A DNA stretch of 63,195 nt, filler included, from Squatina squatina (lineage: Eukaryota): NCBI GenBank assembly GCA_031763465.1. It is 4 parts of 4 records of this genome, joined end to end, with 100 filler letters (N's around TTAATTAATTAA, not from the genome) between each part and the next. Parts side by side here need not be neighbours in the genome. Positions count along the whole stretch, not along the records: positions 49,347 to 63,195 come from JARFOE010000004.1; 3 more parts are not named here. One strand, given 5' to 3'. Positions 49,493-61,175 of the stretch are shown piece after piece (the stretch's first letter is position 1; every line of letters begins with the position of its first letter). Under the pieces are notes generated by a model, which did no database searches, was not told the origin of the DNA, and was given only the letters and a program-made list of their open reading frames with translations. A program made the translations under genes and the position numbers.

Positions 49493-50893
49493 TCAACCTG
49501 GAACCCAGCTCTGTGCTGAGGTTTGTTTAGCACCAGTGAAGGTTCCCACATTCAGGTTCACAACATTCTGAGCAGATATGAGTGAATCAAAGTTAAAGTC
49601 TAACCCATCTGCATCCATGAGTTCATTGCGAATGATGGATTCCACATCACAGTCTAAACTTCCATTAAACATATCCAAGTCCAGATCGCTGGGGAACTTG
49701 TCTTGGCCCATAACAGGAAGAGTCATGCTACCAGGATATAAGGAAGGGCCGGAGAGTGTATCAGACAATCCTATTTGCATAGATTGATTGGCAGATGACT
49801 GAAGCTGGTGCTTAGTGGAGATTGTGTTAGACTCTGTTGGTAAAGCTACATGATTCATGGAGTTTGACAAGGCACTATCGCCACTAAGTGCAGAACTCTG
49901 AGGTGGAGACTGGCGATGTAGCGGATTATGATTGGCCAGATTAGATTGGGCAGTGAAGGATGACATCATTGGATCATTATGAAGCATCAGATTTCTGTGT
50001 GAATTTTGTAAAGACACTGCTGAACTTGCCTGAGACATCAGAGGATCTGTTTGGGTCATCATGACATCACTGTGACTTAGAGAATCAGATGCAAGGAGAT
50101 CTTGCAAAGTTTGATTGCCAAAGCGAGAAATGGAAGAAAAAGTAGCTTGCTTATTTTCTTGAATGGTTTGCATGGGAGTCTGACGCAAAGCATTCAAAGC
50201 AGGTGGTCCAAATATGGAATTACTGAAACTGTTTGGGGAACCTAAACCAGAACTCTTTGAGCCATAAGTAAAACTGGAGCTCCTTTGCATGAGGCCCCCG
50301 GGTGATGACTGCTGAGCAGGAGTTAAGCTAATATTGTCTAGTAAGTCACCCATCAGATGTTCTGTCAATCCATCATTCAGGTTCATGGTTCCAGCCATGT
50401 CAGTTAACCTAGGCAGCTCAACAGTGCATGGCTTACTTGCAGTTGGGGAAACGCTGGATGGACTAGAGTACAGCATGGGAGACAGGGGGGCAGCATCGTC
50501 ATCTTGAACATTGTCAAGTTCAGGATTGGCTATTATAGGAGAAAGCCGCCCACTCAAAGTACTGGCATTTGAATTAGTACGAGAACGAAAGTCTGTCCAC
50601 GCATCAAATTCATCGCTACTGCGGGATGTTGGGCTACCAGGCCATTTTGCGTGTTGCGACGGGCTTTCAGCATTAGCTTCTTGTGCAGCTTGCAGTGCTG
50701 CCTTTTTTTTTGCTGCTCTTCCCCTGCTTTTTGCATATTTGTTGCTATTGTCCATGGAAACAGCACGCCTTCGAGGAGACTTCCCACCTTTTCCACCATC
50801 CGGATTGATCATCCACCAAGAACTTTTGCCTGTAGCTTCATTCTGTACTCTGATAAATCTGCTGTGCAGTGAAAGGTTGTGTCGAATTGAATT
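49493..50893 (-). CDS. FOXO3: FOXO3 second coding exon (C-terminal forkhead half, NLS, transactivation domain)
   Basis: ttttcag acceptor; NSIRHNLSLHSRFIRVQNE...RRRAVS and RSRTNS AKT sites...DLDLDMF...FTGAKQTSAQSWVPG*; 466 codons plus stop. Confidence 0.97.
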   Translation of the reverse strand, partial: NSIRHNLSLHSRFIRVQNEATGKSSWWMINPDGGKGGKSPRRRAVSMDNSNKYAKSRGRAAKKKAALQAAQEANAESPSQHAKWPGSPTSRSSDEFDAWTDFRSRTNSNASTLSGRLSPIIANPELDNVQDDDAAPLSPMLYSSPSSVSPTASKPCTVELPRLTDMAGTMNLNDGLTEHLMGDLLDNISLTPAQQSSPGGLMQRSSSFTYGSKSSGLGSPNSFSNSIFGPPALNALRQTPMQTIQENKQATFSSISRFGNQTLQDLLASDSLSHSDVMMTQTDPLMSQASSAVSLQNSHRNLMLHNDPMMSSFTAQSNLANHNPLHRQSPPQSSALSGDSALSNSMNHVALPTESNTISTKHQLQSSANQSMQIGLSDTLSGPSLYPGSMTLPVMGQDKFPSDLDLDMFNGSLDCDVESIIRNELMDADGLDFNFDSLISAQNVVNLNVGTFTGAKQTSAQSWVPG

Positions 50894-52399
50894 CTGAAAA
50901 GGAAAAATGAAAAATATTACTCTCATACCACGGAGGCAGAAATAGAATTTCTTTTGAAGAAAACTTACAACTGTATATTCTCTATGAAAGCAGGGAAATT
51001 AAAACACTTCATGGGTTAAACTAAGGCGACTTAAATATTTTCCTTAACACAAAGTATTAAAATTAGGGTTTCATATGGGAGAAATTTTTATTTGNNNNNN
51101 NNNNNNNNNNNNNNNNNNNNNNNNNNNNNNNNNNNNNNNNNNNNNNNNNNNNNNNNNNNNNNNNNNNNNNNNNNNNNNNNNNNNNNNNNNNNNNTATACA
51201 CCAACAGTAATAGAATCCTGGTTAATTCTATCAGCATTCATACCCATAACTGGCTCAAGTACAGCAGGTTGTCAATTCAATAAATAAGATTAGTACTCAA
51301 AGTTCAGCCAGTACAATTCTGTTATGCACTACACAAATGTCACTTCAATTACTCTGCTCACTTCATTATACATAATTAATGACTGGTCCCAAATTATATT
51401 CCTGTGTTAAATTATTCATTAGAGAAATCACTAGCTAGTGCTTTTGAGCTTTTTGTCCTTTCAGAACCCTCTTATTCAGGGAGATCATATGACAATGCTT
51501 TCAAGTAAAACCATAGTGTATCGTGCAAGCTTCACTGGACTTGTTCCAAGTTCTACACAGTACAACCATTTCACCAACAAGGCAGTCCCATTGCGCCTGA
51601 CAGAATACATTCTAATTTCTGCAGTTGTGGAAGCAATGCACACGCAGACAAAGAAAACTATGAGCTTAAGAACATTTTGCATATCTCTAGCGACAACTGC
51701 ATGCAAAGATTACCAATATTAANNNNNNNNNNNNNNNNNNNNNNNNNNNNNNNNNNNNNNNNNNNNNNNNNNNNNNNNNNNNNNNNNNNNNNNNNNNNNN
51801 NNNNNNNNNNNNNNNNNNNNNNGAATAATGGTTTTTAACCCAATGCTTTAACTGTTTCACCCCCCCACACACGTGCCCAAAAATGCTTTGTCTTGCTCTG
51901 ATTAAACCAAAAGAGAGAAAATCTGGTTAAAGGTGTATGGAGTTTAACATTGATTGGTATTATTTGCCATTTTCTTTTTGGAGGGAGGGTACAGGGAGGA
52001 TGTGTTATTCTGATGGAAACCTTTGTGCTGGCTGGCTGCCAAGAAATGGGGGTGGGGGAGAGAGAATATACATGTGGATTTCAAAGACATGACTTGCATG
52101 TTTCAGCTTGGACACTTACCTGGTGTCATCTTAAACTACCCGGTTAATTAAGCTAATGAAGGAAATACGCCAGCATTACACACATTTCCACCTCCTGTAA
52201 CAAGTTTACGTCGAAATCGTGGGTGTCCCGGAACAAGTTATCCTAGGTTGTCCAGCGGTCACAAAAGTCAAATTGTAGACAGTTTACTCACTGGATCCGT
52301 AGCTTTATAATATATTTGGTTTCTCGACTGTGAGTGGAGCATTAAAGTGCTAAAAGTGTAAGCGGATGAGTGCAAGGCTCTAATAATAGGGCGGTTGCT

Positions 52400-54140
52400 G
52401 TACCTTCCAGCCAGCCGAGCTGTTGCTGTCTCCTTTATCCTTGAAGTAGGGCACAGAGCGGACCATCCAGTCGTAAATCTGCGACAGCGTCAGCCGCTTG
52501 TCCGGCGAGCTCTCGATGGCTTTCGTGATCAGATCCGCGTACGACATGTTGCCCCAGGCGTTCCTGCGGGACGAAGCTTTCCGCTGCTGGGGCCCTGCAC
52601 CGCCGGCTGCCGCCAAGCCGAAGCCCGGGGCGCCGGGGGAATGCGAGGAAGAGGACGGCGAGGACGGGGAGCGGGAGCCCCTAGGGACACCCGCCGCCGG
52701 CTGCTTCAACAACCCGTCTCCGCCACCTAATCCCCCGCCTGATGCTGCCTGCGGCTCTGGCTCTCCCCCGCCGGCCGAGCCCAGCAGCAGGCCGGACTCG
52801 GAGCCGCCGAGCTCGTCGTCCTCCGCTGCCTCCTCGGCTTCTTCTTCGGGAATCATGTCGGAAGCCTCACTCGAGTCGTTCTTGCCCGAGGAGCCGGAGG
52901 CGGGGAAGTCGGGCCGGGGTAAAGGCCAGGTGCAGGAGCGGGGCCGGCTCTGCGGCTCGAAATCCGGGTCGATGTCAACCAGAGGAGCCACGGCTTCTTC
53001 CATGTCCGCTCAGCCACCCTTCCCCCAAAAGAATAAAACAAATTTGGTGCAAGAATAATAATAATTTGCAAATAAAATACTGTCAGTGCGGGGAAGGGGG
53101 GAGGGATTTAAAATAATGGCAATATTTAAAAAAAGCTGGTGGCGGCGGGTTTAAAGGGGCTGAACGCTGCCCTCTGTCCGCCCCAGCTGGCGCCCCGTCC
53201 GCCTGCAATGAGCCGCCGCCGCTTCCATGTGGCTACACTGAGAAAAGGTTACAGCGCCGGGCCGCCGCCTGATTGGCCGCCCGCTGACAGCAGCGTTCCA
53301 TCGGGGGGCGGGGCCGGCCGGCTGGCGCCGCTGCCATTGGCCGCCGCCGGGGCGGAGCCTTGAATACATTAGCCGGCCGGGGAAATCCCCTTCCCGCGGG
53401 GACATCCACCCATCCGTCCGTCCATCCATCTCACCTGCCTGCCTGCCTGCCTACCCGCCCCGCAGGGNNNNNNNNNNNNNNNNNNNNNNNNNNNNNNNNN
53501 NNNNNNNNNNNNNNNNNNNNNNNNNNNNNNNNNNNNNNNNNNNNNNNNNNNNNNNNNNNNNNNNNNNNNNNNNNNNNNNNNNNNNNNNNNNNNNNNNNNN
53601 NNNNNNNNNNNNNNNNNNNNNNNNNNNNNNNNNNNNNNNNNNNNNNNNNNNNNNNNNNNNNNNNNNNNNNNNNNNNNNNNNNNNNNNNNNNNNNNNNNNN
53701 NNNNNNNNNNNNNNNNNNNNNNNNNNNNNNNNNNNNNNNNNNNNNNNNGAGAGACACACACTCATAGTCGCTCTCCCCACCTCCCAACCGCGAAACAAAG
53801 TTTCGAGACGCCAGAGCGCAACCCAGCTTTGCTGTCGGGCTCGCCCAACCTCCGCGTCGCGCTCATTGGATCAATCGGGCCTCGCGTCGGCACCTCTTGC
53901 ACTCGACGGGTGGGTGAGTGAGGCGGACAGTCGCCTGATGGGCCGAATGGGGGAGCCGTCGGTCGCCTGCGTCACGAAGGCCGCTCGACCACCAGGTTAG
54001 GTTGGCGAGTTGAAGCACATTGCGTCATTCTCTTTGCAAGAGCGCGTGACTTCGACTCCTATTGGTCCGGTGCGAATGTCACTCAAGCTAACAGCTGGCG
54101 CTGATCGGCGGGGTTGTTGCCCACTCTTCGCCGTTCTAAG
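52400..54140. promoter_or_regulatory. FOXO3 CpG island / promoter
   Basis: Dense CpG against an AT-rich background; ATTGG (CCAAT on the FOXO3 strand) near 53272, 53336, 53865 and 54061; CRE-like TGCGTCA near 53968 and 54021; GC box GGGGCGGGG near 53305. Confidence 0.8.
52404..53003 (-). CDS. FOXO3: FOXO3 first coding exon
   Basis: [28 protein letters not shown] (AKT site)...[34 protein letters not shown]...SSAGWK then gtacag donor; 200 codons, phase 0, giving 666 aa when spliced. Confidence 0.97.
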
Positions 54141-56128
54141 ATTGGGGGAGGGGGATGTACAATAACAACAAAAACACGGACAGTGTATTTAATCATTAAA
54201 TCCCAACAAAGGCAGTCTGTGCACGTGGAAAAGGAGGGGGGTTGCAGTTTATTGCATTTACCTGTGGTTTTCCTCATTTTTAATGTGTGTGCGTGGCGTT
54301 CATATAAGGACGGGTCTGAGTTGTCCTCTTAATGCCTGCTGTTGTCAGTCGAGGCATGCTGCAGCCATGCTGCATTATTTTCAGTGTGTCATCACAGCAC
54401 GTGTGCGGTGTTGTCAGCCGTGTTTTTTTTGGAGAAGGGTTGACGTTGTGTACTGAATAAAATCGGTCTTATTTGCAACAGAAATGTAAAGCGGGGAAAC
54501 CAGCGTAGCTTTGTGACAAATATGAGAGCAAAAATACAATTTTTAAATTTTGCAGCACCTTTATAAATCTGAAGGAAATGGACAGAATTTTGAAGGNNNN
54601 NNNNNNNNNNNNNNNNNNNNNNNNNNNNNNNNNNNNNNNNNNNNNNNNNNNNNNNNNNNNNNNNNNNNNNNNNNNNNNNNNNNNNNNNNNNNNNNNAGCA
54701 GTTGACAAGACAAACTCTCCTCACCCACCAACGATCTATGATTTGACTGACCTAAGCATTGCTTGTGTCTCCAAAACGAACCCCTTTAAGAGCTGAGGTG
54801 GCCTGACACTTGATAGCAGCTCCTTAGATCCGTCCCACAATTCGACTCCTGAAATAAACTAAGAGAATGAGCGCTAAGTAAGTCCCCTTTAGCCCTGAAA
54901 TTAGGACGGTTTTAAAGTTCTCTGAAACTTTTTTTTCAAAGTGTCAAATTGCAGGCCTCAAAGTGAAATTTCAGAGACCCGAACTTTGCGCTCTCAATTT
55001 GTCCCTTAGCGCCAGAAACCCAGGTCAGTCTAATTGAGCGCCCTTAGTGTTTAGACAGCACTGAGATGGATGCTGCACAAGCTTTGCCTCCTCAGAGGCC
55101 AGAGTAGCTGCACTGTTTCTGAGGTTCAGTAAATCAGTGTTGACAAGCTTTGTGTTAAGTTGCATTTTTAACCAGGTGCAGAAAGCCTGAGCAGTGCTTT
55201 GCTCCTGCTGTGATTGAGGTGATACACAGGTGCTACTCAAATTAACAGAGTAGATGCAACACAGCAAGAGAGTCACCTATGTAATTTTAATTGCTGTCGG
55301 CAGATGTGCTTTCTCATCACTTTTCACGAGCAATGCAGGATTGAGGATGTTACTGTTTGTACACAGTAGGGAGTTGCTTACATCCTATTTGTCCCATTTG
55401 CTGAACATACTTTCTTTCCAACATAGTTGCTCTTGCAGTGAGGGTTTGCCAAGCAGCTTGTCTGGTATGGATTGCAAGACATCTGCCAAATGCCTCATGA
55501 CAAATGTGAGATTTCCTCACCCTGAGTCCACAGGGTCCTACACACACACACACACACACGTTAACTGAAAGATAAATACAACATTAATTTGATAAGGGAC
55601 TTTATATTCAACTTATAAGTGTTGTAAGTCTTATAACTTACAAGAAAATTGCACCAAACACTTAAATGCACAATTTCCAAATAAACCATTTATACACAAT
55701 GGTTTACATTAGAACCATTGAAATCTCTACATAATTTCAATTTAATAAATACAGAAAATTGTTGTTTGACTATATTAGCATATATGCATGATTAATTTGT
55801 ATCTTGTTACTTTTATTTTGTTCAGGAACATGATTCATCGGAAAATTATCAAATGACAAAAATAAAACGTCTCCCTACTTTTAAAATACAATCAGCAAAA
55901 TTAACCTTGATTCAACTTGATTTTAATTGAAACTGCACGAAGAGTTGATGCGAATATTCGCCCTGATTTTAACTTGAGGCTTGTTAAAGGCGTGTCGGAA
56001 ACCCCTGCCAGGTTTTGGATAAAATACTNNNNNNNNNNNNNNNNNNNNNNNNNNNNNNNNNNNNNNNNNNNNNNNNNNNNNNNNNNNNNNNNNNNNNNNN
56101 NNNNNNNNNNNNNNNNNNNNNNNNNNNN

Positions 56129-56240
56129 CACTTGCAGTCCTGCCTGCGGATCCTGCATCGGACTTTTCAGCCACCTCAGAACCCACAACTCCAGAATGGA
56201 AGCAAGTCATCCTCAACCCCGGGGGACTGCTTAAGAGATA
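56129..56240 (+). mobile_element. RTE-clade LINE 3' end
   Basis: CSPACGSCIGLFSHLRTH C-terminal motif followed by a GGAAGCAAGTCATCCTC tail. Confidence 0.65.
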
Positions 56241-57404
56241 AAGATCCAAGGTGTGCTGAACCAAACTGATCTACATATGTCTTCTTTGAATTTAATGTCT
56301 AATTTGCATGTGAAAAACAAGACAAATAGCCATTTGCTGAAAAAAGCAACATTTGGTTCCAACAAACATTTTGTGACACACAATATATTTTAAATGATGC
56401 TACTTCGGGATCGGAGAGGAGGGGCTTTACAATGAGCAGGAACTGGCAGCATCAGAGGCTGGAACAAACGCAGGGATAAATCTGATAAAACAACATCATA
56501 GTCAACGCAGAGGGAGAAGTAGTGGAGCCGGAGAAAATTAAACTAAGTGTTTAATTTATTATACACATTCTAATTATAACGATCAAACCTAAATAAATAG
56601 TAAATATATAAATAAATAATCAGTGTAATTAATTAGATCCAAGTGGATAAAATAAACTAAGTAGAGGATACAAATATTAAAGGGGTCCAAAATGCATTAA
56701 ATTAATATCTCGTATACGTAAATAAATAATAAATAATCAGAGTAATTAATTTGATATCAAACTAATCCATCAACTAATTAGTATTAGACCGCAAGTGATT
56801 TTATTAGTTCTAGAGATGAATTACTGCGAATGATAAATAAAGATTAGAGATGGTAGTGTGTCGGGACTGCAGTAGGNNNNNNNNNNNNNNNNNNNNNNNN
56901 NNNNNNNNNNNNNNNNNNNNNNNNNNNNNNNNNNNNNNNNNNNNNNNNNNNNNNNNNNNNNNNNNNNNNNNNNNNNGCCTCCCATGTGACCTCTCCAGCC
57001 TCTGCAGTTTGACTTGCCTGGGAACGAAGACAGCCCCGCTCCGAATCTCCAACTCGGAGGGGCAGAAGATCGCAAACTCTCGTGGATCCAGGACCCTTAG
57101 GTAAGTACGTAATTTATTTTGAGATTGGAGGCAGGAAGCCTCCAATCGCAATTTCAGGCCCAATATTCAAAATCTATTGTGTGATGTGACTGCCACGATT
57201 CTCTATTTACTGAGTAATTCAGTTATGATTAGTAAGTGGACTTTACTACTCGATAAAACTCTGGAGCAGGAACACGGTGCCCGGCTGAATGACAGGGTGT
57301 GATTTCGATCTCCCAGTGTTGTGCGAAGAGGACCAATGTGCCTGTTCACCTTAGCAGTGGTGCAGCAATCCGAGAGAGGGAAAATTAAAAACCACAGTAC
57401 TCAC

Positions 57405-57518
57405 ATGATTCAATCCTAGGTCATCTATGAAGAGTCTGGCATCGTCCTCCTGGCTGTCATGATCCTTCTGAACAAAAATATTCTCCAACGATGTCGCAGC
57501 TAAGCAAATAACCCTGAC
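57405..57518 (-). CDS. AFG1L: AFG1-like ATPase (LACE1) penultimate coding exon
   Basis: cctaaag acceptor and gtgagt donor; 114 nt, VRVICLAATSLENIFVQKDHDSQEDDARLFIDDLGLNH; AFG1L lies upstream of FOXO3 on the same strand in human. Confidence 0.88.
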
Positions 57519-58424
57519 CTTTAGGAATATTAATAAAAGCGTGTTTTATAACTCAATAAAACTGGAAAGTTGTCATTAGATTTTAAAACAGGTGGTCCAT
57601 TTAATTGTAATGAAAGATTTTGCAACATTTACATTGTATTATATTGTTATTAACTTCAACTTACTGTAATTTAGTGCATTAAAATAGCACAATCACAGTC
57701 AAAAAGGCTCAGTGAGCAAATACACAGGCCAGGAAGATACCACATTAAATCCTATTAATCTTGCTCAGTGCTGAGCTAGAGGCTCTCAACCAAGGTAACA
57801 GCGGGGCATATAATTTATACATGGAAGAGGGGAAAAACTGCTTTCCAATGAACCCTGCTCGATACGACACAAATATGGATGATATGTGAAGTCAAGATCG
57901 GGCTACACAGTAATTCCCCCCATTGTTAAATAGCCCATCAACACTCGTGATCTTGATTCTTACATGAAAAATAGACAGTTTGATGAAGTACAACTCCTAC
58001 TAGAGTCTTGCATCCTTTGCTGTTCCTTAACTCTACCCATACTGTTTCCACTACCCGATCACCCTCACTGAAATACCTTCTTTCTATTGAGGTAATTGTG
58101 TCTTTTATCAATATTGCTACTCCTTTCCTTTCCCAATTTCCCTGTTCTTCCGAAAGATTCTATAGACAGGAAAAACTAGCTCCCAATCATGCTCAAGTTG
58201 CAGCACGGTCACTGGCTATCAGATCAGACCCTGTAAGCTGAATTTGTGCTTCAATACACTTGTTTTATTTCTTATGCTACAAGCATTTGTGTACAGAACA
58301 CTTACCTGAGTAACTTGTCCATATTTCCTGCTGATCAATTAAAAATGATATTAAGAGAAAATTTGGAGGAAGTTCAGGAATAATGTATAGAATTAGGGGA
58401 AACATAAAAGAGAAGATAAACTAA

Positions 58425-59085
58425 AACAAGAACAGAGAGACCTGGGGGTGTTTGTGCACAAATCTTTGAAAGGTGGCAGGACAGGTTAACAAAGCAGTTA
58501 ATAAGGTATGTGGGATCCTGGGCTTTATAAATAGAGGCATTAAGTACAAAAGCAAGGAAGTTATACTAATGCTATATAAAACATTAGTTCAGCCCCAGCT
58601 TTGTGTCCAATTCTGGGTGCCACACTTTAGAAAGGACCTGAAGGCTTTGGAGGGGACACAGGAGAGATTTACTGTAATGGTTCCAGGAATGAGGGATTAC
58701 AGTCACATGGACAGATTGGAAAAGGTAGGGTTGTTTTCCTTAGAGCGTAGAAGGCTAAGAGCAGATTTGAAAGAGGTGTTTAAAACCATGAAGGATCTAG
58801 ATGAAGAAAATAAAGAGAAACTGTTTCCAACGGCTGAAGGGTCAATAACGAGAGGGCACAGATTTAAGGTGAAAAAGATCCAGAGGCAACAAGAGGAAAA
58901 GCTTTTTTATGCAATGGGTGGTTAGGATTTGAAATGCACTGCCTGATAGGGTGGTGGAAACAGATTCAGTAGTGGCTTTCAAAAGGGAATTGGATAAATA
59001 CTTGAAGGAGAAAAAGTTGCAGGGATTTGGGGAAGAGCTGGCCGAATGGTCTCCTTCTGTGCTGTCCTATTCTAAGATTCTATAA
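58425..59085 (+). mobile_element. 5'-truncated CR1 LINE
   Basis: RDLGVFVH...LYKTLVQPQL...FSLERRRLRADL...TRGHRFK, ending in a TTCTGTGCTG..ATTCTAAGATTCTAT tail. Confidence 0.9.
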
Positions 59086-59215
59086 AATGTTAAAATAATA
59101 ACTTTAAGAAACATAACTTCAAAACTAAATCTTGAATAAGGCTTTAGAAGCAAAGATCTAGTTAATTATGATGTTTCACTGAAGGAGTTCCCAGTGTGAT
59201 CTAATTAAATCTAAC

Positions 59216-59307
59216 CTTGTGATCATAAAAGGCATCGATAAGAGTGATGAAGCGTCGTGCTTGTGTCTTCTTTGCCAAAGTCAGCATTGGTATGTTCCGG
59301 ATAAATA
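59216..59307 (-). CDS. AFG1L: AFG1L coding exon (5' part lies in gap)
   Basis: FIRNIPMLTLAKKTQARRFITLIDAFYDHK then gttaga donor; the RRFITLIDxxYD motif is characteristic of AFG1/ZapE ATPases; in frame with 57405-57518. Confidence 0.92.
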
Positions 59308-61039
59308 NNNNNNNNNNNNNNNNNNNNNNNNNNNNNNNNNNNNNNNNNNNNNNNNNNNNNNNNNNNNNNNNNNNNNNNNNNNNNNNNNNNNNNNNNNNNN
59401 NNNNNNNGGTTCCTCTTGCATGCAAAACAAGAGCAAAAGAACAGATCAGTCATTCTTCTGAAGAAACAGCTTTTGAAAATATACTGAGATGGTACATCAT
59501 TCAGACTAAATATGGCTAAGTAGCTTGTTATAAAAGTCAAATTAAAGCAGTGTGTTGAGAGAGCATGTTACTGCTAAGCTTATAAAATATTATGAGTGGA
59601 TGCATACAGATTTCAAATAAGAAATCAAGTAACTACTAGAGTTTTTTTGGAGCTGCATTATTATTTACAAAACAGTGCAGAACAAAATGACTTTCAAGGG
59701 TTCGGTACTAACCAAAGGAAATGATAAATGGAATCAATCTGGGTCTTGGTTTATGAAAGTCTTATTAGAACATATAAAATGAACAAAACACAAAAGGAGG
59801 AATTGGTAATTGAAAAGTGGTTTCAGACTGATTTGTTTTATAAAAATATCAAACCATTTGAAAAAAGATGACTCGGAGTACTTGGTAATATGCCTCTGAA
59901 GTGCCTTGCGTGTTTTGTACATTAAAGGTGCTAGATAATGGAAGTTGTTGTTACACTCTGACTTCAGTTAAGTTAGACAAGGCAATGCTATTAAAGGATA
60001 GAAATGGGTAGCCAGGTGAAATATTCAAACAATTTCAGGATAATTTTGTTCCAACTTAGGGTATATCCTGCTTTAACTGGGACAAAACAATACTCAGATG
60101 GGTTACAAAATAGCAACAAAGAAGAGGGTGCCAAATTAGTTCTTTACTGCTCAAACTTTGTTGCAGTAATCTATGTATGTTATATAAAGTCCTTTGTGCA
60201 TTACAGTCTTGAAGCACATACCATTCTACGTCACACAAGAGACATATTGGAACTTTTTAACAAAAGAATATATATATGTTATGTATCTATAAGTAACAAA
60301 TAGAATCTGGCAAAGTGGGCCAATGAGTAGNNNNNNNNNNNNNNNNNNNNNNNNNNNNNNNNNNNNNNNNNNNNNNNNNNNNNNNNNNNNNNNNNNNNNN
60401 NNNNNNNNNNNNNNNNNNNNNNNNNNNNNNNNNNNNNNNNNNNNNNNNNNNNNNNNNNNNNNNNNNNNNNNNNNNNNNNNNNNNNNNNNNNNNNNNNNNN
60501 NNNNNNNNNNNNNNNNNNNNNNNNNNNNNNNNNNNNNNNNNNNNNNNNNNNNNNNNNNNNNNNNNNNNNNNNNNNNNNNNNNNNNNNNNNNNNNNNNNNN
60601 NNNNNNNNNNNNNNNNNNNNNNNNNNNNNNNNNNNNNNNNNNNNNNNNNNNNNNNNNNNNNNNNNNNNNNNNNNNNNNNNNNNNNNNNNNNNNNNNNNNN
60701 NNNNNNNNNNNNNNNNNNNNNNNNNNNNNNNNNNNNNNNNNNNNNNNNNNNNNNNNNNNNNNNNNNNNNNNNNNNNNNNNNNNNNNNNNNNNNNNNNNNN
60801 NNNNNNNNNNNNNNNNNNNNNNNNNNNNNNNNNNNNNNNNNNNNNNNNNNNNNNNNNNNNNNNNNNNNNNNNNNNNNNNNNNNNNNNNNNNNNNNNNNNN
60901 NNNNNNNNNNNNNNNNNNNNNNNNNNNNNNNNNNNNNNNNNNNNNNNNNNNNNNNNNNNNNNNNNNNNNNNNNNNNNNNNNNNNNNNNNNNNNNNNNNNN
61001 NNNNNNNNNNNNNNNNNNNNNNNNNNNNNNNNNNNNNNN

Positions 61040-61175
61040 TTCAATGATAGAGGTTGGGGTGGTCTTGGTTCTGGACTGGAGGTGGCGGGGGTTGAACAGT
61101 TTCGCACTCGTCCTGCAGATTAGCTCCACTCCAGCAGGGAGCTTCATGGAGATGTGATGGGGAACCTTATGGGGA
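61040..61175 (-). mobile_element. RTE-clade LINE RT fragment
   Basis: GVELICRTSAKLFNPRHLQSRTKTTPTSIIE resembles the RTE motif GKLFNLRRLQAKTK. Confidence 0.7.

Noticed and set aside
15767-53003. Insulin-like gene and FOXO3 as a linked signalling cluster
   Set aside because: They are on different scaffolds separated by artificial spacers.
52395-53116. Plus-strand ORFs of 111-186 aa over FOXO3
   Set aside because: Antisense shadows of a GC-rich coding exon.
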